DNA of 64,000 bases from Vitrella brassicaformis CCMP3155 (Eukaryota > Protista > Chromerida). Both the position numbers and the translations under genes were made by a program. A model generated the notes under the pieces. That model saw only the letters and a list, made by a program, of their open reading frames with translations. It did not search any database and was not told the DNA's origin. Below, one piece after another: positions 25,881 to 38,187 of this stretch. Numbering within the stretch: the stretch's first letter is position 1; each line of letters begins with the position of its first letter. The stretch covers positions 332,119 to 396,118 of the forward strand of contig CDMY01000395.1 in the NCBI GenBank assembly GCA_001179505.1, read 5' to 3'.

Positions 25881-26453
25881 CCGCCAGGGCGGGCATGCAG
25901 CTGCAGCAGTCGCGATCCATGGAGTAGGCACCGCGCGAAAGGCAGTGATACGTATGGATCATGTATAGGTGGATCTATGTGTATCTGTCTGTCTACATAC
26001 GTACGTCTATGTATGAGTTTATGTCTTCGGTCTCTATTCTCGCTGTCGTTTTGTGATATCATCCTATCATCCACTTGCTGGGTTCTTCCAATGACTAGAT
26101 GAGGCGCGGACCATGTGTGTGTGTGCGTGTAATGGGATGAATGAGTAGATCGACTTCAATCAGACAATTCAATCAATGATATATATGTCACCCAGCTCTG
26201 TGCTTCTTCACATGACTCGCCGAGTCAAAAGGTTCATTTGCAAGACGAGCACACTTCCCGATGCACGGCCAGGCATGTAGCTGTGGCCTCTGTTCAGGAT
26301 GAAAAAAGGATGTGAAGGATGCCGATCACATAATGTTTGTATGAGACACGACGATGCATGTATCCCTGCCGTCCTCCGTTGCGTGCGTCTAAGTGTCTCG
26401 ATGTCTCGATGTCTCCACTTAAGCTGAGCTTCGCGTCTTGTCATGTTTGCGGC

Positions 26454-27395
26454 TCATTCCTCAGGTGGAGGCCTGTACTCTGCAAGCAGAATCATTGACA
26501 AAAAGAATCATGGCAGTTACTTGATTTGAATTCACCAAAAGAGCTTACTCGGATGGCCAGGGAAGTACACTTTGAAGTCCTCCTCTGGCAGATCCTTGTA
26601 AAAGCTGAATTTCTCGCCGGCGGTGCCAACGGCGCCAGGCCAGGAGGCAAAGAGGGGCTCCTGGTGCTCTGTTTGCTGTGCAGCAGGCAAGTCCTTCTGA
26701 GGCCTCCGTTTCTGGAGCTCAGCTTTGACCACAATCGTCTGCAAAGAGGAACAGCAGAGGGTGTCTGGAACAATTCGGTGCACGGTTTACTTGCAATTGC
26801 CTGCCTCACCATGCCGGGTGCGAGGCAGTACATCCCAAGGCTCGTCCTCCAGCTGAACACTTTCAGTGTCCCTTCGATGCACACCAGGCTGAGAAGGTCC
26901 TTCTCTATCAGGCTCTTCGAGTCGTGGCACTCGCCAGTACCTGTCACGTCAAAGGGGCCGGTCTCTAGTAGCAACCCTTCGCTGGCCGCAGCCAAACGGT
27001 CCCCGTGTTTGAGTTTTGTCTGATAAACAATGCATGTCTCTGAGGTGCTGCACGAGGAGCCTAGCTTCGATGACCATCGGTAGCCCGTCATGTGATAGTC
27101 AGGGCGAGCAGCTGGTAAACTGGTAAAAGAGTCTTCAGGTACTGACGGATCCTGGACAAACACAAACCTACCTGGAAGCTCGATTTCCTGTGTGTTTCTC
27201 TCCTTCGCACCTTGAACATCACTTTGCACTTCTTTGACGCGACGCTTTGCTGTTGCTGATCCATGTGGAATTGCAGCGTCGTGCTGAATGCTCCAGCTGC
27301 AATGCGGTGCACTCACGGAAAGATACACCGTCCATCCACGTCATGAACGACTTACTTGCGAGAGGAAGGAGGAGGACAAGGAGCGTGGGGGCCAT
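26454..27395 (-). CDS. Hypothetical secreted protein, 5 exons
   Basis: MAPTLLVLLLPLA|TGAFS...MFK|DPSVPE...PGM|TIVVK...GHP|KYRPPPEE-stop; all junctions are GT-AG and phase-compatible. Confidence 0.7.
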
Positions 27396-27998
27396 GAGAG
27401 CGGTGGTCATGGACGGACAATCAATACGGCCTCTTCTACGAGAAAAAACTGAAAAAATCACTCAGTCGCATGACTGCCGTCTCAAGGCCCTCTGAGACTC
27501 CGCCCCCCAGTGGGGTGGGCCCCCACTGGGCCCCCACCCCACATCGCGCATAATCCTTGACTGATTGCCGTTCTCATCAATGAATTCCATCCTCTTGCTC
27601 TGCGCGTCGCTATGCGCCTTTCCCCTTACCGCGCGTCGCCCGTCTGCCATCAAAAGATTCCACTACGTCGCGCACCAGGCGGCGACTGTAGGTCCCGCAG
27701 CAGACTCCTGTTCGAACAAATTCCCCTTCAGACGGTCAGCCTTGCCTGCTGCAGGGACCGACCATGCCGAAACGATGCGCCAGAGTCGACAGCCGACACA
27801 GACAATAGAGTCGATGGCCGAAGTTGGCTGCATTTTGGTGTCTATCTTGCTGATGCTGCTGGTGGCATCTCAGGCGGCGGCACTACTGAGACACTGGCAG
27901 GGACACGGCAAGACCCACCCTTCATGGTAAGCGATGGAAAGGCGATGTATGTTACATAGACGTATGGAAGTTATGCACAGGCCACATTGAATGGACGG

Positions 27999-28420
27999 TC
28001 AAGAAGTCGCAGTCTGAATGTCTGACCCACTCTTTCTCTCGTAAGTGTTGCAATACGGAGAGCGAGACAAAACGCCGATAGACTCTTTACCGCAGGTTCG
28101 TGTCGTCAGTGTATTCATCTTGTTGTCTGAGAGCCAAACCAAGTCAAGTTCGTATATTCCAAGACGACAGACATAGTTCTTCTGGTTCATCTCAAGAACA
28201 CTGCACGCAGTTTGCTCAAAGACGCACAAGGCGCATTGCTCGTCTGACACGGCCGCTATGAAAAACAGACACTCATCTGAACTCATGTGTATTCACGGAA
28301 AGTAGCTAACACTCAGTCGGTTAGAAGTAGCACTACACAAGCAGCTGGGTCTACTATATACTTGCACATGGATGAAATTGGTTTAACTACGGTCTCGAAA
28401 TGAGCGCTAAGTATTTCTAC
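27999..28420 (-). CDS. Cys-rich exon set of unclear affiliation (separate small gene or tail of the upstream membrane protein)
   Basis: Exon AVSDEQCALCVFEQTACS...TRTC is flanked by ag/gt; terminal DIQTATS-stop. The 5' end is not resolved. Confidence 0.3.
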
Positions 28421-28429
28421 TGACAGAAA

Positions 28430-31400
28430 CTGCACTGCGAAAAACAGAAGAAGTACAGTGACTAGCAAGTCTGTTCCGATGCCTTTGAGGCGACCTCGTC
28501 CTCCTGCAGTCCACAACCAGACATCGATTCGCAGTCTGATTCAAGCATGTGCCAACAGTCTACCTCTCCTCGAAATCGGCGTTCGTATTCTTGAACATTT
28601 CCAGCAGCTGCTGTGCTTGAATGTCTCTCTCGGGAAGAATGCGCAGGACGGAGATGGCATCGATGACTTCTCTTCTCAGCCAAGGGAAGAGACGGTAGTG
28701 AGCAAACAAACAAGCCAAAACCAGAAGAGACCATGCAAGCGCCCCCAGGATCCACAGCTGCATTGAAGTGCAGACAAAGACACAATACACTATGTGCAAT
28801 CAAGTGTGGTTTGTCACTTATTTACTTTCGTCTCATGTGCGAGGAGGTCCGCATCAGCCTCCTACACGAAGAAACATGGAGAAGCTGGTCAATCCCACGG
28901 ATGCTTACTCTCTCACCTCCATGAAGAGGTCTTCAAACTTCTCAAAACCTAAATGGATTACATGGAGATGAATAAACACTCCCGACTCTCAGCTTTGTCT
29001 CACCCCCCGAAAGGTCGTAATGCAAGCTGTTTTCCAAAAACCTACACCACATATCAAGATGACGAGAGCCGAGTCATACTCGGAAATCGCACGCCTCTCT
29101 TGCTTACCAGTAGTCAGGCGGCTCGTTTGCCGTCATTCGATTCATCACTGGAAGGGTGCCATTCGCCTCATTGCCAGCTATCTCCAATCGCCGAGTATGA
29201 GCAGTCACCGCGTAGTATGATGGCGGTGTACCGTTCCCATGCAGCCAGTTTCGATGAAAGCGCTCGGCCTCTTCGAACCTGAAAAGTGCACAAATATACG
29301 CCGGCAATCCGCAATCAATGCGGCTAGTCAGGCTCGGCTCGGCGCTTCGCGCCTCGCCTCCGCAGACAGGCCAGGTGATCAGTGCCTTGTATAGTCCCTG
29401 CTCCATCAAGTCAGAGAAAGGATATGGGTGGACTCTGTTTGAGCACGTTCCCTCCTGCAGGACAGGAAAGAAACGAATCGTCATAGAAGGCGCGCGAGCC
29501 CGTCAGTCACTCAATGAACCGACCGATTTAGGCAGGAGACAAGAAGGAAAATAGAGCAATCTGAGACAGTACGAGTGCCATTAGATAAGGAGCATTCTCT
29601 ATGTCGGCACAATCACTGTCTCTCACTTTTTCCGTGCTGAGAAACGACGATCCACGGGCTCTTCAGCCATGTCCTGATGGTACAGAAGACTGCCCAGCTC
29701 ACTCCTTGCCTCGTGAATGTCATGCTGAAAGGTAAGCCATACATCAACAGAGACGACAGAGAAAACAGAGAGAACGGCCGCTGATGCGTGCAGCTGATGA
29801 AAGACATGCCTCGATTTCCGCAGCAAAGCCTCCGCCCGAAGAATCTCTTCTGTTCGCCGATCGCCAAGGAAATAGATCTTTCTCCACCAAGTGCAGAGCG
29901 ACAACCCCGGCTTGACGGAGCCTGCACAGAACACGGCAGATGATCAGGATGAGTTGACGCTCATCTCAGCGGCACGCACCTAAACTCAACCATCGTAGCC
30001 TAAGAAGAGACACGGACAGCTAATGTTACATCCTGAGGGGAAGCAGATGGTAGTGTTCTGCCTCACCTTGACCACCTCGTCGGTCAGGTTGTGCGACATT
30101 GTCATCAGCACGGCCTGCAGGAGACCCACGATGGGAACAAGCTTGTCATGGAGATAATAAAGCGCATGCACGCCGACCATGAATGTGTATGTGAAGACGC
30201 TGTAAGCCAGGATGCTTCCCATGAAGAAAAAGAGAGTCCTCGAAAAACGCCCTCTTATGCACACGTTAAGCCATCGGATGATGTTTGGCGGCTCTCTGAG
30301 CGGAACGGCAATGAGACAGCAGTGAGTGACTGTGAAGCACATTTCTACCTGAGCCAGCGATGTCTGACTTTGAAGAGAAGCCATCTCCGATGACATGTGA
30401 ACCAGCCTTTGTTCCGATCGATTCCGCTGCTGTCGATGGATCCGCGATGTGATCCATGCCGCCTGTCGGCCCTGTCGCAGTGATGTATTGAGAAAATATC
30501 ACATTCGTTGGTTCAATACCGCTTCTTTCTCTTTACGAGCTGGCTTGGTTGGGGCCGAATTTCCTGGACTCCTCCCCAGCAGTCATTGGAGCAGTAGCAT
30601 CTCCGCCCTTTTTCAAGCTGCTGTCGCTCGCACGCCGTTGCTAACCAGAGAGGGGACCAGCAATGTGTTCATCGAAGAAAGAACTAGTACTTTCGCATTG
30701 CGTACTTTCTTTGTTGCCTCGCTTCTTTTCTGCAGCAACTCAAAAGCTCTTTGTCTTTCGCTTTCATGTCGTTATCCTGAACTCCTTTACGCTCGAGGGG
30801 CGGATTGGCATCACTCGCAGCACTGATGGCAAAGCAACAAAACGCAGAGTCGCCTGCGAATAGAAACGAAAAGTGGCGGGAGCGCTAACTTCTGTTGTGG
30901 CTGGTGCTGCTGTCTTGTCCCAATGTCCTTGCTGCCATCAGCTGGCTGCAAGTATATCAGAGTCGTATTCGTTCCTTCTGGATGCTTCGAATTGATATTT
31001 CTGCTTACTGCTTCCAGTTTGAGAATTGCCGAAACCGTCTGCTCTGACACGTGATTCCACTGCTGCTCGTCTGCCAGTCCATCCATGTCATTTTGGTGGT
31101 CCTCAATGTGCAAGTGGGCACCACGTGGGCCGCTCTCAGAAATGTCAACTGTGTAATCCGTCCGATCCGTCCGATACGTGGGCGTCTTATGCAGTGTCCC
31201 TCCTTTTGGCGACTTCACAGCCTCCATCTTCCCCGAGCTGTCGCTGTCTCCGCCGTCTGCCTTGGAGGTAACACAATCGATCTGCACCACGAGCTCTCCT
31301 GTCTTCTGACGGACGAGACCGTGTTTTGAGACCATCGAGTTGCCGCTCGCGTCATGCAGAGAACCTTTGCGTCGCAGAAGAGCTGAGACATGCACCCAAC

Positions 31401-34400
31401 ATAATGGGTAAGCTGTGGCTGCGGCCCCGATAGACCTGACCTGGGTCTCGGTGCTGCTTACCGAGGGCGTGCAATGCTCGCTTGTCTAGTGGCAGGCTTG
31501 ATGGCACTTCAGACTTCTCCGTCGGATTTTCGCTCTCGGCCATTTCACTTTCACGTTTCGCCAAGAGGCCCTCCTTTCGAGTTTACCTGTGGCCCAACGC
31601 CACATGCACAGTGGATCCACACATTTGTAAAAAGTGTACGCTCGATGTGTGTGTATTAAAGTGTACGCTCGATGTCCTCAAGATTGATCATTGACAGTGG
31701 GATGATAATCTTCCCATCTTCGGATATCTGAGGCGAGGACTGCACAGATTTGTTGTTCGGAGGAAGGGGCCTCTCAATGACTTGTCGTAGGCGCGATCGT
31801 CCAAGGCACCAGAAGAGCCTTGATGCAAAATAGATCGCGGCTGCAAGGCCGGCGAAATGACTCGTACATGTGGGTGGGCGCCTTTTGATTTGTCCGCCGG
31901 GGCAGTGGAGGCATCTCGATCACCTTTGCCATGGCTGGCGGTGAGCAGCGGTGGAGTGCCAGTGGATTTGAGGGCGGGCTTGGCGGGCGATCGACCTTTC
32001 TCTGTCTTCAGCTGGTCTCTCGCTTCATCTTCTTCCTCCTCGATATCGAAGCCGTCCTTCTGAAGGGACACCCTGCTTCCCCACTTTGAGAGGACAGGCT
32101 TTTTCTGCCTGCAGAAAGACTGGAGACATTGATGGCGATAGATATACTGCTGTTTCTCACTCGTCGGCCTTTTCGCTGTGTCTATGCGTGGCGGCATGCG
32201 GGTCGACAGCTGTGTCGACCAAGCAAATGCCCCGTCGCGTCTCCCTTCCGAAACGCTTCCGCAGTCTCAGCTTCTGCACAAGAATAAACACCACGTCGTC
32301 TTCCACTCTTGGAGGCTCGAATCGTACTTGTCTGTGGGTTAGCTTGAAGGCAATGTGCAAAGCAAGGCCGACATCGCTTAGCATATCAAACTCGCCGGCT
32401 CCCTTTTGGACCATGCGCAGGATCACTGATCCAGCGACAGGATGCACACGTCTTTAGTTGTCAGAGGAGATGGGTCTTGACTTACCAAAGCATGAGGTGA
32501 TGTTGACGCTAAGGGTCACGATGATGCATGCCAAGATGACCATCTCTGATTCTGATCAAACGCACAAGACACGAGAACCAGACGATCGATAGCGATGTCC
32601 CGGACCCCTCCCTCACCCTCGACGATGTGCCAAATGTGGTCGAGTTCGAGCTGAATGGCAGATTGGCACATCACATAGTCCGGCGCAACGCGCGTGTGTG
32701 GCTCTCACCTCGATAATGTGCACGCCAACCTCTCCTCCGTCACCTATACAGTTTTGCAACACCAGCTTGAAATTCGGCGACTCAATTGCTGCCCTCTCGT
32801 CAATGATCTCGCGGATCGCTTGCAGATACTCCGCTACTTGAAATTTAAGCGTCTAGTAATGAGGGAGGGTATGATGCAAACAGGAGATGGAGGGACATGA
32901 AGTTGTGAGCATGTTGTCACCGTCACCGTGCTTCTTGCATGAGCCCGTCGACAATGTCTCACCTTAAAATACGTCACCCCGTTGTCATTGAAGAATGTTG
33001 TCCGAATCGTCGGCTCTCGGTAGAATCTCTGGACCTCATCCATGTTCTCTTGGATGGATTTGTCAACAATAAAGCTGACAACGTCACCACACAGACAGAG
33101 CGTGTCCAAAACAGAGGTAGCTATTGATTTCTTTTACCAGATCCGCCTACTTCGAGGCATGATTGATCTCTTTGACGAACTTGTCCATGGTTTGCAGCTG
33201 TTTTGTGATGCGCATTTCGTTGTGTGTGCTTGCGAGACTGCGTCTCTCATCGGTAAGGTTGCGAGAGTAGATCTGGACTGATGTGATTGCATTGCAGACC
33301 TCGGTCCTGAAAGACGATGCGACATCACATGTGCTCAAGACCAGCTCCCCTTGTGTTCTGTACCAATCATTGATGAGCACCCGATTGTAATGGAGGTCGT
33401 GCATTTTCTGCGGGCAGGCACACAACGCATAAGTCACAGAAGGTCTGAAAGCCACTCGTGTTAGTACTTGCGTGGTGTATTCCATCTCATTTTTCTGCAC
33501 CTGAGGACATACCCACACACACGACGAGAACGCATATATACCGATACTCTGCATGATGGGTTGCAGTGTGCCAGCGAGGCGAGAAGGCCAACGTACAAAG
33601 TGCGTCACAATGCCCATGACCACCATAATGGCCAGCCCTGAGAGAGAAGAGACACGAGGTCCAGCATATCGACAACTCGACCTTGAGCTCTTGCTGTGAG
33701 CATGCCGTACAGACCAATGATTGCAACAGCCTCCGTCAGATGGAGTCTCCTCTTTTTGCTCAACTCGATTATCTTAATGTGTTCCTCCTTGCTGCTTCCT
33801 GTGCACAGATCCGATCACACGAGCAACATCGATCCCCCGTTTGTGTGAGCGTTCGATATCTTGCCTCCTTCATTTGCCCCATATCCAGCCCCGCCGCCGC
33901 TGTTGCTGCTGCTCTCAAGGGTCGGGTCCTGAGAGAGAATGGCAGATGACTGGTCATCGGCCTCCGCTTGGAGCAACAACAACTCGGCCCTGGTCGTGTG
34001 GAGGAAGATGCGCCAAGCGATTGCTTACCCGGCCCCTGTGGATACATTGCTCACCTGGATTCATCATTATAGAGCTGCCGCACAAAGTTCGCGAACAGCT
34101 CGAGTGCCTAGTCACACAACCGAGGAAGGTGAAGACACACAAACGATCGGCTCGCCATGAGTGCCGTCATCTCCTCTGTCCGTCTCTACGTCTTTGCTGC
34201 GTGGAAAGCGGCGCAAGAGGTTGACGTAGCTGTGATGTGCATTCGACACAGCTTCAAGGGCCTGTCTTCGACAGAGGCAGGCCAGGTGGATCGATCCATC
34301 AGGAGCTCGTGTCTCACCTCGCGTAACATCGCTGCCCTCTGTCTTGTTGGCTTTGCCGAGGCCATCTTGCTTTCTGTCGCCAGAGCACGCCAGAACCTGG

Positions 34401-37140
34401 CCATCTTCTTTAATGCCTGCATGTGATTCATCTTGGCGGCACGTGACCACTTCTGGTATGTCTGCATACAGAGAAGAGGACATGGACAACAGACTGACAT
34501 ATCAGGAAGCGTGGTGCACCATTATATCGATGAGGTTCGTCTTTTTTCCTCCCCCTCCGCCAAGCAATTCCATCTGTCGCGCTGTCTCAATGTCCTTGTG
34601 AAGCTGAAGCACCATGAAGAAAAGCAGAGATCAGTAATACGAAGAAGACAACAGGTTCCGCACAAGGAAGCCTCCTCTCTCTACCTGGTAGAGGATGTAG
34701 TTGATGTATAGGTGCCACTTGGACGCGTGTGAATGTGACAGCTTTATGTACTTGTAGCACAGGAAGGTTTCGTCACTGAACAAGGGCAAGACGGTGGCAA
34801 GCAGCATCAGTCGACGCAAGCATCTGATGCCCTTACAAGAAGTAGCGATTTACGAGAGCCAGCCACTGGAATGAAAACACACATACGAGGCAGGCATCAA
34901 CGAGTAATTTCTTTGTCCGTTTCTTACCATGTATGTGTAGGCTGTGAAGTTGGTGGACTGCAGAATGGCCAGGATAGTCTCCATCATGACTCCCCTACAG
35001 AGAGACAAGTGTGATGCGCATTGCACGTATACGTGACACGCACTATCGTCCTGCGCATGACTTGCTTTTGTCACCTATTTCGCCAGCGCCTTCTCTTTGT
35101 CTGAATACAAGAACCTGAAGGGACACCAAAGCACACACGTGTGTGAGGGGACGGATTGTGCAGGTGACGGACCATTCGTCGCGAAAAAGGCGCAACACCA
35201 ATTCGAGATCGGTCTCCCATATCACGCTCGATCGCAGCTGTGCAAGCCTGGCGAATAAAGTCAGGACATGTATGTGCGACTGGACACAGCCCGCGACTCT
35301 TTGTCGACTCACCCACCTGTACGAGTTCATCCGGTCTCGTACCAAGTCCGCTGGATCCCTTTCCTTGGGCTCCGTTCGAGCCCCGAGGATCCGTCTGTTG
35401 GCGATGACCGTGCTGGTCACGGTGGGTCGTCGTGTGAGAGAGCCCGCCGGCACTGTGGCCTCATCAGCAACGGGCATTTCCATGATGGCCAGACGACTGG
35501 CCACCCGCTCGTGTGTCCTGTTCGCCAGGCTGTCACTGTCATCGCTCTTGGCGTCGGCCGCTCTGATCAAGAAACCAGCCAGCAACTGAGTGAGAGCTGC
35601 AGTACCCTTCCCCCCCCAACCCCACTCACTTTTCGTTAGGGGCCTCTCCTGTTTCTTCCGTTAAAATCGACATTATTGCAGAGTTGTATTCTTCTGAATG
35701 CACGGCTGAGAGTGCGTGCATCTCGGCGATCACCATGTCCTTCAACCGGTTCTTGCGCACTAAGGCGAGCCATGCCCCCAGCGGCAACACAAATAGACAC
35801 CCGCCGAGGATTAACAGGTCCTGACAGACACATAGAGAGAAAGCCAGAGACGTTCTGTGCATCGTGTCGTAAAAAATAAACTCTGCTTACGTCGACTCCA
35901 CGTATTCCCCTTATCAGCTTGAAGATACTGATGGCGAGAAGGATGGCTAGGATACCGTTCCTCATTCTGTTGGCTGCGTCGTGGAAGAACGGGGCCTGCG
36001 TGAAGAACAGGAGAGTGACGTAGCCCAGCGCTATTAAATTGACGGCAGAACAGTAGATGGCGAGGCCATTTGAGGACACAGCCACGATGAAGGTGACATT
36101 GATCAGGGTCTTTGTCGCGGTGTACCTGCACCGACACACAAAGACCCATCAGCTCGATTTCTGCACCGACCGCCGCCGCGATCACTACCGACCAGAATTC
36201 GGCTCTTCCATGTGCCTGCACTGTCAAATCCGTCGAAAAGGGTTTGAAATTGTTGTAAAGCAGAGCTGTCACCAAACCGAGAGGCACCTGAGACACAGTT
36301 CGAAAGAGAAATCAAATGAAGGCGCCGCGGAGCCCCACACACCCCTCAAACCATACCAGGAAGCAGAGTGCTCCAATGGAAGGAAAGAGCATGACGATGT
36401 GAAACGCTTCCCAACATGCAAAGTCCGAGTCAGTCAGGCGATCGCGCATCAGCGGGCACGAAAAGAGCGACATCAGCACAGCCACGGATGAAGAGAAAAA
36501 GGTCGTCACAAAGCTGACAGGGGAAACCAGGAGGAACGTGCCTCACAGGTGATTGAATAATTTAGTACCTTCGGACGAATCCGCGCAATAGGATGATCGG
36601 TGTGATCAAGTGGACCTGAACAAACCAGGTGCGTAATACTCCAATGGTGGATGGCACAGATGGCACGAATTCTCACCTCCTTGGACTTGAAGGTTTGAGC
36701 AACTATCGCCACGACGCCGGCCGTCAAAAGAATGAGAGTACACAGCAGACCGACCACAACGAAGTATTGCACCTTTTCATGGCCTACACAGACAACATAG
36801 AGACGCAGACCACCAGTTGACGAGCCTGGGCACAGAATTACCCGCAAGTATCTCGAATGGCGACGTGAACAGTCCCAGGAGACACCCCGCATCGTATAGA
36901 TCCCATTTGTCGCACTCGAGCGCCTCGTTAAGCGGCAGCAGCAGCGGAACCAGCTGGAGCAGGTCCAGCACGAACACCACCGCTGTCATGACATACTGGG
37001 CCAACGGCACACGCAAACCTACAATAAAAGACAAAAACAGCGGTGCCACCATTGCAGCCCTTCTTGACGTAAGAAGCCAAGCCACCTGTGCCCACGATGA
37101 TCGTTTCCTCAGGCTTCTCGTTGGTGGATGAATCCATGAC
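28430..37140 (-). CDS. Large multi-exon polytopic membrane protein, TmcB/TmcC (tiny macrocysts)-like; could be split into two genes near 31550-31690
   Basis: N-terminal cluster of TM exons (35600-37100). Helical region RAAKMNHMQALKKMARFWRAL ... AHHSYVNLLRRFPRSKD|ALELFANFVRQLYNDE resembles the TmcB TPR-like pattern. Further TM clusters; terminal TM LWILGALAW...FPWLRREVIDAISVLRILP. Confidence 0.55.
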
Positions 37141-37524
37141 GTAGAGCACCCCTGCAGGCAGGCAGGCAGGCAGGCCAGGAAGAGAATGGGGTGCCGGGAG
37201 GTCTGAGCGCGCCTTTGCAGCCGCCTACCAAAAAGGGCTTCCTGTCATGGCTGATAGCCAATCAGATCCTTCGGGCCCGACCCCGAAACGTCCGTCATCG
37301 ACGGATGCTACAGCCACAAAAGACTTGAAGAGGCCACAAAAACTACTACCACAAGCCCCGCGCCGAAACAAAGCTCTACAGAGTCACGGCTTCCGCTAAG
37401 CTCTACGAGTCACGGCCGGACCAAGAGGTGCAAGCGGCCCGATCGTCGCGCGCTAAGCTTGCAGAGGAGGGGGGGGCGGGTGGGGGCCGCCTTCGCCAGG
37501 TCGGTCGCGGGGGCTGTCGCTGCA

Positions 37525-37961
37525 ATGACTGACGTCAACCACGAACGCATCTTCTGCGCCGAGCAGATAAACGTCCCACAGGAACTGCCCCTCGTGCTTA
37601 AGGAGTTCACGAAAGAGGTCAGCGGGCGGCAAAAACGACAATGATTGACTCGTGAACTATTTCACCGTATTTGCCTGCCCAGATCATCAGAAGGAACCCC
37701 GTGGAGAGCGAAAAGGGTGCGCAAGACGGCAGAATGTCTCTCTACTGACGGTTTGGTGTCTGTCTCACTGTCTGTGTGTGTCCGTCGCCAATATGAAGAT
37801 GTTGAGCTGGCGAAGCAGAAAATCTATGAGTGGGCAGCTGAGTACTTCAGGAAGAAGGCAAATGGTAAGCCTCCCGCCCACGCAAGAAGAGACGGATGAC
37901 ACGCATGCGACCATGGTCCTTTCTCGCGTATGCAGATCAGAGCAAAGAGTTGAAGAACTGA
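37525..37961 (+). CDS. Small RIIa dimerisation/docking-domain protein (ROPN1L/RSP11-like, probably flagellar)
   Basis: 4 exons: MTDVNHERIFCAEQINVPQELPLVLKEFTKE|IIRRNPVESEK|DVELAKQKIYEWAAEYFRKKAN|DQSKELKN-stop. Confidence 0.85.
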
Positions 37962-38187
37962 TCACCTGCTGCCTCTGCGTGATGTCTGCCGCGCAACCGA
38001 CATGAATGTTTGACAATTACCTGAATAATCCATCCCCACGGCACGGCACGAGCCATGCAGCTGAGCTACACACCAACAGGGTCGAGCCATTCACAGGACA
38101 GCTGTCATACATACAGCCATATCGACCAACAGAAAAACACAAACACAGCACTGCCTGCCCTACTACCCGTCCCCCCACTCCTCTCCT

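Noticed and set aside
27820-28190. Plus-strand signal-peptide-like ORF MAEVGCILVSILLMLLVASQAAA with downstream GT-AG introns
   Set aside because: Every splice phase hits a stop within a few codons; at best a remnant, and it overlaps a minus-strand exon.
31688-33700. TRP/Piezo channel or FtsX permease identity for the membrane-protein exons
   Set aside because: No TRP box, pore loop or Piezo C-terminal motif was found; the TmcB-like helical motifs fit better.
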